DNA from: an uncultured delta proteobacterium
GTDB lineage: Bacteria > Myxococcota_A > Polyangia > Polyangiales > Polyangiaceae
Direction: 5' to 3'
NCBI GenBank assembly: GCA_963850305.1
Contig: CAWKKR010000005.1
Span: forward strand, 160,001-224,000
Length of the DNA stretch: 64,000 nt
Below the pieces are notes generated by a model. It saw nothing but the letters and a program-made list of their open reading frames with translations. It ran no database searches and had not been told where the DNA came from. Position numbers and translations under genes: made by a program. Below, in pieces: positions 10,610 to 18,969 of the stretch (position 1 is the stretch's first letter; each line of letters begins with the position of its first letter).

Positions 10610-11380
10610 TCAAGCAGGTCGGGGCGGTTCGGCCCTGCCGTGCTGCTCGAGCAGATCGACGAATTGCTGGTGACGCCACGTCCAGATCCATCGGACGAGC
10701 GAGCGGGCACGTTCGGCGTCGCGGCCGGCAATCGCCGCAACGACGTGATCGTAGCCTTCGACCACGGAGTCCGGCGCGACGTAGAGGGTCTCGAGGAGCG
10801 GTGCGTACTTCCTGAGTAGAGCGCGGACGGAGTTCATCACCAGTCTCGGCACGATGTTTCCGGCCGCGCCAGCGAGCGCCCAGTGAAAGTCAAAGTCGAG
10901 CGCGGAGATTTTCGAGAGCCGGTTCTCGGCTCGCATCGCCGCCACCACGGCGCGCAAGCGAACGAGATCCGATTCGTTGCGCCGTTCCGCGGCGAGCGCC
11001 GAGACTTCCGTGCTGAGGACGCGCGCGGCTTCGAGGAGATTGCTCAGGACGAAGGGATTCACGCGCCCATCGGGGCCAATCACCAGATCCTCGATGACAT
11101 CGACGCTCGCGTGCTCGCTGTAGTCGAGAACTACCGTTCCCGCGCCGGGCCGCCGGGCGATGAGGTGCATCTGCTCGAGCTTGTTCATCGCCTCCCGCAC
11201 GGTGAATCGATTCACGCGGAAGTGCGAGGCAAGCTCGAACTCGGGCCGGAGCTTCTCGCCGGGCGCATGTATCCCGGACAGAATCTCCATCCGGATCTGA
11301 GCCGCCACGCGATGAGCGAGCGTTCTCTTCGAAGCCTCGGACACCGAGGTCCGTTTAGGACGTGCCAATCCGACAAGCAA
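10610..11380 (-). CDS. GntR/FadR family transcriptional regulator (FCD domain); start uncertain
   Basis: wHTH PGEKLRPEFELASHFRVNRFTVREA, FCD motif DFDFHWALAGAAGN. Confidence 0.92.
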   Translation of the reverse strand: MLVGLARPKRTSVSEASKRTLAHRVAAQIRMEILSGIHAPGEKLRPEFELASHFRVNRFTVREAMNKLEQMHLIARRPGAGTVVLDYSEHASVDVIEDLVIGPDGRVNPFVLSNLLEAARVLSTEVSALAAERRNESDLVRLRAVVAAMRAENRLSKISALDFDFHWALAGAAGNIVPRLVMNSVRALLRKYAPLLETLYVAPDSVVEGYDHVVAAIAGRDAERARSLVRWIWTWRHQQFVDLLEQHGRAEPPRPA

Positions 11381-11381
11381 T

Positions 11382-11400
11382 TAGTTTGTTGGACAAACTA
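11382..11400. promoter_or_regulatory. Palindromic operator TAGTTTGT-TGG-ACAAACTA (FadR-type)
   Basis: Perfect 8-bp inverted repeat, AT-rich, directly upstream of the GntR/FadR gene. Confidence 0.7.
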
Positions 11401-11424
11401 TAGACGCGCTGCGTCGGGCCGTTT

Positions 11425-12099
11425 TCAGTTCGATGGGCAAGCGGCACCACAGGGGCCACCACCCGCCGTTATGCTGACCTCGGTTACGCACAGGGCGTTC
11501 CAGGCGCTGTCGCAACAGGAGCTATCTTTCTTGCAGACGCACGCCTGGATGGTCGAATCCGTGCAACCAGGGCTCCCCGAAGCGGTGCAGCAGTCGTTGG
11601 TCGGACACGTTCCGCAAGCGAGTGCGGAAACGAGCGTGACGCAAGTCGAGTCCCACCCGTCCTGCCCGGTCTCACAGCAATCGGCGACCTGATCGCACAC
11701 ACATTGCTCGATCGTCGTGTCGCTACAGCCGCGCGATGCGTGGGCCGTGCAGCAGGGCCCTGTCCCCACGCCGGAATCTGCTTGCTCGCGCCCGCCACCG
11801 CCGGAACCGCCGCCGCTCCCCGCGCCTCCCGCCGCTCCGGCGCCACCGGTTGAGGCGTCCCCGTTCGGCATCCCGCCAAGAGCGGATGCGCCGCCGATTG
11901 GCGCTCCGCCAGCGCTTACGGCACCTCCAGAGCTCGAACCGCCGTTGCTGCTCGACGAGCCACCCGCGCTCGACGAGCCTCCAGTCGTCACACCGGCTGC
12001 GCCCCCGCTCTCGCCGCCCGAAGAACCGCCATTGCTGGATGAGCACGCAAACAAGAACGGAATCAGCGCGACAAAACCAAGGTGGTACCGGCGGGTCAT
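11425..12099 (-). CDS. Lipoprotein with Gly/Ser linker and two Cys-rich repeats
   Basis: RBS GAGGGAG; MTRRYHLGFVALIPFLFA|C lipobox; two CC-x7-C-x7-CVC-x5-CC..W...C units. Confidence 0.85.
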   Translation of the reverse strand: MTRRYHLGFVALIPFLFACSSSNGGSSGGESGGAAGVTTGGSSSAGGSSSSNGGSSSGGAVSAGGAPIGGASALGGMPNGDASTGGAGAAGGAGSGGGSGGGGREQADSGVGTGPCCTAHASRGCSDTTIEQCVCDQVADCCETGQDGWDSTCVTLVSALACGTCPTNDCCTASGSPGCTDSTIQACVCKKDSSCCDSAWNALCVTEVSITAGGGPCGAACPSN

Positions 12100-12120
12100 G
12101 GGATCTCCCTCAAAAGCCAT

Positions 12121-12150
12121 GGGCAGCGGCCCTTTCTGGAGCCGCTGCCC
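12121..12150 (-). terminator. GC-rich hairpin between the two lipoprotein genes (terminator or stability element)
   Basis: GGGCAGCGGC-N10-GCCGCTGCCC, perfect 10-bp stem, weak U tract. Confidence 0.55.
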
Positions 12151-12189
12151 GTTTGCATCAAGCAGAAATTTTGCAAGCAGTGCGCGTGC

Positions 12190-13146
12190 TCACTGACCGA
12201 GGCAGGTCGTCGCCTGCGTCGCGCACGTGACCGGATTCGCACCCGGAGTCAGAAGGCACTGGGCTGCCGTCTGGCTGCAGGTCAGTGCACCCGTTGCCGT
12301 CGGGAGCTGGATGATCGGGGGCAGGAGACTGTTGATGTCCGCAACCGTCTGGTCGACGACCGTGGTCGCGCCGTTCACGCAGGTCTGCAAGGTGCCCTTG
12401 CACGCGCTGATGTCCGTGATGCTCACGGCACCGTCCAGGCAGCTCGTGGCCTGCTTCTGACACGCGGTAAAATCCGTCGCAACCTGCGACGGCGTCGGCA
12501 CGGGGAGGTCGCCGACGGCCTTGTCGGCCACCGTCACGGCGCCGCCGAGGCAGGTCTCGAAGATATCCTGGCAGGAGCTGACGTTCGTCACGCTCAACGC
12601 GCCCTTGATGCACGAATCAGCCGTCGACTCGCAGGCGCCAACCGCGTCCAGTGCGCTGGACGCTACGCCCGACGCATCCTGAAGCGTCGTGAGAGCGACC
12701 TGAGTCGCTTTATCGATAGCGCTCTTCGCCGTAGAAACGGCGTTCGTCAGCGCATCGCCGGCCGTGGACACGATGTCCGACGCACAAGCGTCGTAGACGG
12801 TCCGGCAAGCAGTGATGTCGCTCAGCGTGACCGCACCATCGAGACACGAGTTCGCCTTCGACGTGCAGTTGGCGAGTAAGTTTGGTTGGCCAACGGCGTC
12901 CTTGGCGGCCTGGACCGAGCAAGCCGTAAAGGTCGTGGTGCAGGCGCCCACTGCGGCGAACGATTTGGCTGCTTGAACGCAAGTTGCCGCCTGCTTCTGG
13001 CAGTCGGTGAGTGTCACGGCCTGTGCCGTCGTTCCGACATTGAGGCTCGGTGCCGCTTCGGAGCCCTGGCTCGGGCTGACACCGCAACCCGCCAAGGTCC
13101 CCACCGCGGCCAACATCAACACGCTCTGAATGTTCTTGATCGTCAT
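12190..13146 (-). CDS. Lipoprotein with five twin-CX6C repeats
   Basis: RBS AGGAG; MTIKNIQSVLMLAAVGTLAG|C; 20 regularly spaced Cys in the mature part. Confidence 0.85.
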   Translation of the reverse strand: MTIKNIQSVLMLAAVGTLAGCGVSPSQGSEAAPSLNVGTTAQAVTLTDCQKQAATCVQAAKSFAAVGACTTTFTACSVQAAKDAVGQPNLLANCTSKANSCLDGAVTLSDITACRTVYDACASDIVSTAGDALTNAVSTAKSAIDKATQVALTTLQDASGVASSALDAVGACESTADSCIKGALSVTNVSSCQDIFETCLGGAVTVADKAVGDLPVPTPSQVATDFTACQKQATSCLDGAVSITDISACKGTLQTCVNGATTVVDQTVADINSLLPPIIQLPTATGALTCSQTAAQCLLTPGANPVTCATQATTCLGQ

Positions 13147-13218
13147 TTTCCGTCTCCTGGTGGGTGACCGCTGGGCCCCCGGTGATTTCGCGAAGGTTGC
13201 GTCTCGCTTCGGTTCGTT

Positions 13219-13244
13219 AATGTCGACGAAACCCAAATCCGTCA
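13219..13244 (-). promoter_or_regulatory. Putative ECF sigma promoter TGACGGA-N12-CGACATT
   Basis: Near-identical motif with the same spacing upstream of the ECF sigma gene (15023-15048). Confidence 0.65.
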
Positions 13245-13471
13245 CGCTTTGCGATATTTTTTTCAAGTTATCTCGCGCACTTGCGTGTACATAACTTGCG
13301 CAACAGCCCGTCCAATGTCTCGCAAGCTGCACAGTGCGAAGCGATCGAACACTGTGTGCGGACCGTTGCGCAGGCCAGGGTCACGACGATGCGGCTCGTG
13401 TGGTCGTCGCGGGTTCGGCTCAATCACTGCCGAAGAGCGTCGCGTGTACGCAGCTCACGTTGCGGCAAGCA

Positions 13472-14443
13472 CTATGGCCGGGTCGCGTGGGCCGCCGAGT
13501 CGAGCGCATTTTGCACACGTTGGGCGAACGGACTGTCCGGATGCTCGCGAAGATAGGGGGCGGCGAGTCGACGCGCATCGTCCACGCGGCCGAGTTCGAT
13601 CAACGCGAGGAGAAGGATGTGAACGCGCTCCTCATGGAAGAGGCCGTGAGGAAACTCTCGTTGCCCGCGCTCGGAGAGTTCGAGTGCACGACGCGGATCG
13701 CTCGAAAGTGCGCGCTTCGCCTCAACGAGGTCCGCCATCTCGCGCGCCAGCTCGTCGTCTGGGGCACGAGCGGGTTCGGAGGGTTTCGCGACCGCAGGCG
13801 TACGGACCGATCCGACGGAATTTCCAGCCGCGTGTGACGTTACCGCCGAGGTGCTTCCCGGCGGCGGCTCCGTGATTGTCGCGGGTGATGTGCCCTGCGC
13901 GGCGGTCGTCTCCTCCGCAGGCACGGGTTTCGGTGGGGAAGCCTCGTATGCCACCGAGGTAACGGTCGAGCGCGATTTCGCGGCGGCCCGCGGCTCCACG
14001 GGTACGATCTCCGGGGCCTCTAGCTCGATGGCAGGCACGGGGGACACGCTCGTCGTTCTGGACGCCTCGATTCCTGCCGAATGGGAGGCCAGTGGAGGCG
14101 TTGGTTTGGCGGGCAGGGCCATGAAGATCGATGGAGGCGTGCGAACTCGTCCGACAGGAACGTGCGCCCTCGCAGCGAAACCCAGCCCCGCGATCAGCGA
14201 GGCCACCACGACTGGAAGCGCGATCGCCGAGGCCACTGCTTTCGCCGAAATGCTTGCCGCGACTTTGGACATTTCAGCCGCGGGACCACCATGGGGCAAT
14301 ACCGGCGCGACCCCAACTGCCGCGAGATGAAGCTGTAAGCCTTTGGCGAAGTCATAATCGACCTCTTCGGCGACTCCGGCAGCGAGCAGTGCGCGGACTT
14401 GCGGGCAAGCCGCGAAATCCTCCGAAGTGGCGGGATCACTCAC
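13472..14443 (-). CDS. Putative anti-sigma factor (TM, Pro/Ser linker, C-terminal TPR-like domain)
   Basis: 4-bp overlap with the sigma gene; single TM; C-terminus LAREMADL...FPHGLFHEER...YLREHPDSPFAQRV. Confidence 0.75.
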   Translation of the reverse strand: MSDPATSEDFAACPQVRALLAAGVAEEVDYDFAKGLQLHLAAVGVAPVLPHGGPAAEMSKVAASISAKAVASAIALPVVVASLIAGLGFAARAHVPVGRVRTPPSIFMALPAKPTPPLASHSAGIEASRTTSVSPVPAIELEAPEIVPVEPRAAAKSRSTVTSVAYEASPPKPVPAEETTAAQGTSPATITEPPPGSTSAVTSHAAGNSVGSVRTPAVAKPSEPARAPDDELAREMADLVEAKRALSSDPRRALELSERGQREFPHGLFHEERVHILLLALIELGRVDDARRLAAPYLREHPDSPFAQRVQNALDSAAHATRP

Positions 14444-15021
14444 CGAGCCACCTGAACGCGCTGCTTCGCCTTCATCCTCACCGTGGGCGCGCTTTCCTCT
14501 TCGCGTTCTGCAGCTTCTCGGAAGAGCCGCCGCGCCGCTCGCAGACGGGAGTGCGCCGTATCCGTCGGAATCCCGAGCCCGCTGGCTATCGACACGATGC
14601 TCTCTCCCTGCAGCTCCGCGAGCACGAATACGGCGCGCTTGTCCTCGTCCAGGGCCTCGAGCGCGTGCTGCAATCGGCGGAGTTGTTGCCGATTCGTGGC
14701 GGCTTCTTCCGGGTTGGCGCCCCCGCTCGCCCTAGCGACTCTCTCGTCATCCGCTTCCACGAACGCTCGAACGCGGCGTTTTCGTCGTTCGGTGTGAACC
14801 AGCTTGAACGCAATGCTCGCGAGGTACGTCGTCGGTTTCGCCGGGCCCGGTTGGTACCCGCCATTGCGGTGCGCGATGAGGAAGACTTCCTGCATGAGGT
14901 CGTCCAGGTCCGCGCGCGGCGCACCCATGCGAAGGAGAAACTTCGCGACGAATGGCGCGTGCTGCCGGAACAGCTCGGCCGAATCCAGCGGTTGCTCTTC
15001 AGCCAAGGACCGCTCTTCCAT
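14440..15021 (-). CDS. ECF RNA polymerase sigma factor (true start may be TTG 15006)
   Basis: Region 2 DLDDLMQEVFL, region 4 ALDEDKRAVFVLAELQG..IASGLGIPTDTAHSRL. Confidence 0.93.
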   Translation of the reverse strand: MEERSLAEEQPLDSAELFRQHAPFVAKFLLRMGAPRADLDDLMQEVFLIAHRNGGYQPGPAKPTTYLASIAFKLVHTERRKRRVRAFVEADDERVARASGGANPEEAATNRQQLRRLQHALEALDEDKRAVFVLAELQGESIVSIASGLGIPTDTAHSRLRAARRLFREAAEREEESAPTVRMKAKQRVQVAR

Positions 15022-15022
15022 G

Positions 15023-15048
15023 AATGCCGCGACGCACCACTTCCGTCA
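15023..15048 (-). promoter_or_regulatory. Putative autoregulatory ECF promoter TGACGGA-N12-CGGCATT
   Basis: Matches 13219-13244 at 13 of 14 motif positions with identical spacing. Confidence 0.65.
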
Positions 15049-15080
15049 TGGTTTCTGCGCGAGGCTCACCCGAACCTTGC

Positions 15081-16005
15081 TCAAAAGAAGAACGTGGCCC
15101 CGAACCGTACGACGCCCATCGTCCCCCCAACCTGCTTTGAGACGACGATTTGCTTTTGAGTATCGAGTATTTGAGCATCCGTGTCTCTGAAGGGGACCAG
15201 AGCGTCGACGGCCAGGTGGAGTCCGAGCACCGGCGTGAAACGCGCATGCAACTCGAGTGCCGCTCCCAGGGCTGACCACAAGGCGGCGTTCGTGCGGTTC
15301 TCCGCGAGGCCGCTTCCGGACGTCGACAGCGCGCCGAGCCGGAAGCCCATGCACCCGACGGCGAACAGCCACGGCGTCGGCCACGTCGCAACGCAGCCAT
15401 CTAGGTTCCCCGCGAGGAGTCGCGTGTCGAAGCGGGCGGGAAGCTCCGCGCTCAGCGACTGCTCCGCGGTCTGCGCCGCAAAGAACCCGACCCGAGGCAC
15501 GAACCAGTCCCGCAGGGGCACATACAAGTCCGCGCTTCCGCCCAGCCCAACGCGGCTCGGCAGGGACGTCGTGACCGCGCCGTCCACCGTGACGAGGATG
15601 GGAGTGGTCCGTGCCAACCGCGACCGAGGCGCCACCGCGTCGATGGCGAGAGCCACCGAAAGCGCAATTGCGGCTCGCTGCTCCTCGCAATCCGGGGGCA
15701 GATGAGAGAATGCGCGCGTCAGTGGCTCCTTGGTGGCCATGCGAACGGAGAACGATACCGCCTCGTTCGATTCCCGCACGTCGATCGAAAGCCGAGCATC
15801 GACACGGCTCCGGCCGAGCCAGTGTTCTATCTCGTCGACGAGAGCGGTTTGCTCGAGACAGGGATTCAGCGTCAAGACGCGCACGGCCGAGGACAGGTCG
15901 CGCTCGGGCGGACGCGTCGTCGCCGACGCCGGCGCGACGCGGCAAAGGTTTGCGACCATCAGTGCACCGCCGAAAGACCGTGGCAGCAAGCGCGACTCGC
16001 GCCAT
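15081..16005 (-). CDS. Putative exported / outer-membrane beta-barrel protein of the ECF cassette (possible frameshift near 15974)
   Basis: Alternating hydrophobic beta-strand pattern, C-terminal ...RFGATFFF; removing one base gives signal peptide MARVALAATVFGGALMVANLCRVAPASA. Confidence 0.6.
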
Positions 16006-16017
16006 GCTCGGGGTCCG

Positions 16018-17169
16018 ATGCGTCCTGCGGGCTCGATGGGGATCCTTTTCGGTCTGCTCTGGTCCGGAGCCGGGTGTACGGATGCCGTAAATACCCTTGG
16101 AATACTGGCTCACGCGGGCCCCGCGGCGCCCTGCACCGACGGTAGCACGCTTCGTTCGAGCGCCGGCAACGCCGAGTGCGCGGCGATCTCCAAGGAGGCC
16201 GGCCTGTTCGACGCTGCGTCCGACGGTGACGCGAGCACGACGGTCGAAGCCGGTCTCGGCGATGCCGCGCCGCCGGGCTTGGACGCTTGCCCGACGTCAC
16301 GCGCTCCCGCGACTCGTCGCGGATTGAATCTTTTCCTGCTCGTCGATGATTCGTTGTCCGTCGTGCTCCAACCGGAATGGGGACAGCTCACGGCGGCCAT
16401 CACCGCGTTCGTCGACGAAGGACGGAACGCGGGGCTCGGGGTGGGCGTCACCTATTACGGGACCTCGTGCTCGTCGCAGTTCTACGCGGTCCCGACGGTG
16501 CCGATCGGCGTGTTACCTGGCCAGGCGTCGGCCATCACGGGTTCGTATCCGCTCCCCATCAACGGCAAGGCCATCACACCCGCGATGATGGGCGCAGTCG
16601 CGTACGTGGCCAACGAGATCGTCGCGAGCCCGGATCGCGACACCGTGCTGTTGCTCGTGACGGACGGCATCATCGATCCCCTCTGCGGCTCTACCGAGAC
16701 CAGTGCCGCGCAAGAGGCGGGCGCGGCTCTCGGGGCCAGCCCGTCCGTCAGGACGTACGTCATAGGACTCGACCCCGGACCCACGCTCATCAATCCCGGC
16801 GATGTCGTCGACATGAGCCCTCTCGACTCCGTCGCCGTCGCGGGTGGAACCGATCAGGCGCTCGTCGTTCAGGTCAACGCGAGCGGCAACGGCGCGCTCA
16901 CCGATGCTCTCGATCAAGTCGTGAACGCTGCGTCACCGTGCACGTACGTCGTCCCCGAGGGCATGCGTGCGGCGGCCGCGTCGATCGAATGGCAAGCTGC
17001 GTCCGGCAAAGCCCGAACGGATTGGCCCAACGTCGGCGAGCCGTCCGCGTGCGGCACTCGCCCGGGCGTATTTCCGACGGGCACGGGCCTGCTCGGGCTG
17101 TGTCCAGCCTCCTGTACGGCGCTTCGCGGCAGCTCGTCGAGTACCGCCTGGGCGGTTCAGGGCTGCTGA
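16018..17169 (+). CDS. VWA domain lipoprotein, Cys-rich
   Basis: Lipobox-like GAGC, MIDAS-like LVDDSLS, LLLVTDG, TYVIG, C-terminal LCPASC. Confidence 0.8.
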   Translation: MRPAGSMGILFGLLWSGAGCTDAVNTLGILAHAGPAAPCTDGSTLRSSAGNAECAAISKEAGLFDAASDGDASTTVEAGLGDAAPPGLDACPTSRAPATRRGLNLFLLVDDSLSVVLQPEWGQLTAAITAFVDEGRNAGLGVGVTYYGTSCSSQFYAVPTVPIGVLPGQASAITGSYPLPINGKAITPAMMGAVAYVANEIVASPDRDTVLLLVTDGIIDPLCGSTETSAAQEAGAALGASPSVRTYVIGLDPGPTLINPGDVVDMSPLDSVAVAGGTDQALVVQVNASGNGALTDALDQVVNAASPCTYVVPEGMRAAAASIEWQAASGKARTDWPNVGEPSACGTRPGVFPTGTGLLGLCPASCTALRGSSSSTAWAVQGC

Positions 17170-17319
17170 GCCGCGAGCTCCGAACCAGCCCCTCTGCTCG
17201 AGAGCGCATCGGAACGTCGAGCGCGGGGTCCCCGGAGAGATGCTGGTTGGTCCGGATTCGATGTCGGTTCGATAGCCGCTTTCTGGGCCAATCTCCGGGG
17301 ATTTGGCACTCCTCGGTCC

Positions 17320-18930
17320 ATGCGCGGACAGGCATTCCAGCTCGTTGGATGGATCGCGCTCTCGGCCCTGGTCGCCTCGGCGACGGGTTGCAGGCTACGA
17401 TCATCGAACGGAGGGAAAACGCCGTCACTGTCGCGCGTCAAGCCGGAGAATGGTGGCGTCATCGCCGCTGGGCCGTTTTCCGAGATACCCATGCCCGCTG
17501 CCGACGGCCCGGCGCTCGCGCCCACCGCGCTGGTCGTTCCGGTCGTGGCAACCCCGACGCGCGGCGCACCGACGATCGGCTACCTGCGGCTTGGTTCCAG
17601 GGTTCCGCGGTCGCCCGAGCCCGTCTCGCGCGACGGCTGCCCCGAGGGCTGGTACGCGGTCCGTCCCGCGGGCTTCGTCTGTGTCGGGGCGGACGCGACG
17701 CTGAAGCTCGACGCCCCGCTCGTCCGGGCCGTCGCGGTCGAGCCGGATCGCGCGAAGCCCATGCCGTATGCCTACGCCTTCTTGCGCGCCATCGCGCCAA
17801 ACTATCTCCGCGTGCCGACCAAGGACGAACAGGTCAAGTACGAGATGGGCCTGGCGCGGCATCTCCGAAGCTGGACTCGGCTGTCGAAGAAGTGGGACGA
17901 CCTCGATGTCGGCGCGAATGACGTCCCGCTCGACGCCAACGGTTTCGCCGCGGGGCCGATTCCCGAACGCGCGGCGCCCCTCGACGTGAACCATCGCTTC
18001 GGTGGCAACGGTGACGACACGCTGCCCTGGTGGCTCGAAGGCGAACGACGGATCCCCAACGTCTCCTCGTTCAAGGCGCCGCCATACGCCGTCATGGCCA
18101 ATCGGATCAAGCGTCATGCCGGTGTGGCGTTGATCGGGACCTTCGTCGCGGGACCCGGAGCCCAGAACCGGCGCTTCGCCGTCACGACCGACGTACGACT
18201 GATCCCGGCGGACAAACTAAAGGCCGACTCCGGGTCACCGTTCCACGGCGAGGACATCAGCCGCGTCGGTCTGCCCGTCGCGTTCGGCGCCCGCGACGGA
18301 GCCACCTACTACGAGGGAAGCGAACTCGAGAAGGGCGCTCCGATCCCGTTCCGGTCGCTCGTGCCGCTGACCGGTCGCGTGCGCATGTTCCACGACGAGC
18401 GATTCGTGGAGACCAAGGACGGTCGGTGGGCGAAGAGCGACGAGCTTCGCACGGCGGCCAAGCCCGGCGATCTCCCGTGGTTCGCGAAAGGCAAGACGAA
18501 GTGGATCGACGTTTCGATCCTCTCGCAGACACTCGTGCTGTGGGAGGGTTCGACGCCCGTCTACGCGACACTCGTCTCGACGGGTAAGGACGGCCTGGGC
18601 GATCCGAAGACCACCCACAGCACGCCGACAGGTATCTTTCGCATCTACCAGAAGCACGTGACCACCACGATGGACTCGGATGTAGCCGACCACGAGTTCG
18701 AGCTCCGCGACGTGCCCTGGGTGATGTACTTCGAGGGGGGCTACGCTCTTCATGGCGCCTACTGGCACGACGATTTCGGACGTGCTCGCTCTCATGGCTG
18801 CGTCAACCTCTCGCCGATCGACGCCCGCTACGTCTTCTTCTGGACCGATCCCGCCGTCCCCGCGCACTGGCACGCCGCGTATTCGGGCGACACGTTCGGC
18901 AACGGCACTCTCGTCGACATCCATCCGTGA
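17320..18930 (+). CDS. L,D-transpeptidase (YkuD) family lipoprotein
   Basis: TLVSTG, TPTGIF, HGAYWHDDFGRARSHGCVN catalytic His/Cys motif. Confidence 0.92.
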   Translation: MRGQAFQLVGWIALSALVASATGCRLRSSNGGKTPSLSRVKPENGGVIAAGPFSEIPMPAADGPALAPTALVVPVVATPTRGAPTIGYLRLGSRVPRSPEPVSRDGCPEGWYAVRPAGFVCVGADATLKLDAPLVRAVAVEPDRAKPMPYAYAFLRAIAPNYLRVPTKDEQVKYEMGLARHLRSWTRLSKKWDDLDVGANDVPLDANGFAAGPIPERAAPLDVNHRFGGNGDDTLPWWLEGERRIPNVSSFKAPPYAVMANRIKRHAGVALIGTFVAGPGAQNRRFAVTTDVRLIPADKLKADSGSPFHGEDISRVGLPVAFGARDGATYYEGSELEKGAPIPFRSLVPLTGRVRMFHDERFVETKDGRWAKSDELRTAAKPGDLPWFAKGKTKWIDVSILSQTLVLWEGSTPVYATLVSTGKDGLGDPKTTHSTPTGIFRIYQKHVTTTMDSDVADHEFELRDVPWVMYFEGGYALHGAYWHDDFGRARSHGCVNLSPIDARYVFFWTDPAVPAHWHAAYSGDTFGNGTLVDIHP

Positions 18931-18969
18931 GCACAGACGGCAGCCTGCGGGGGCCGTCGGACCGGGCGC

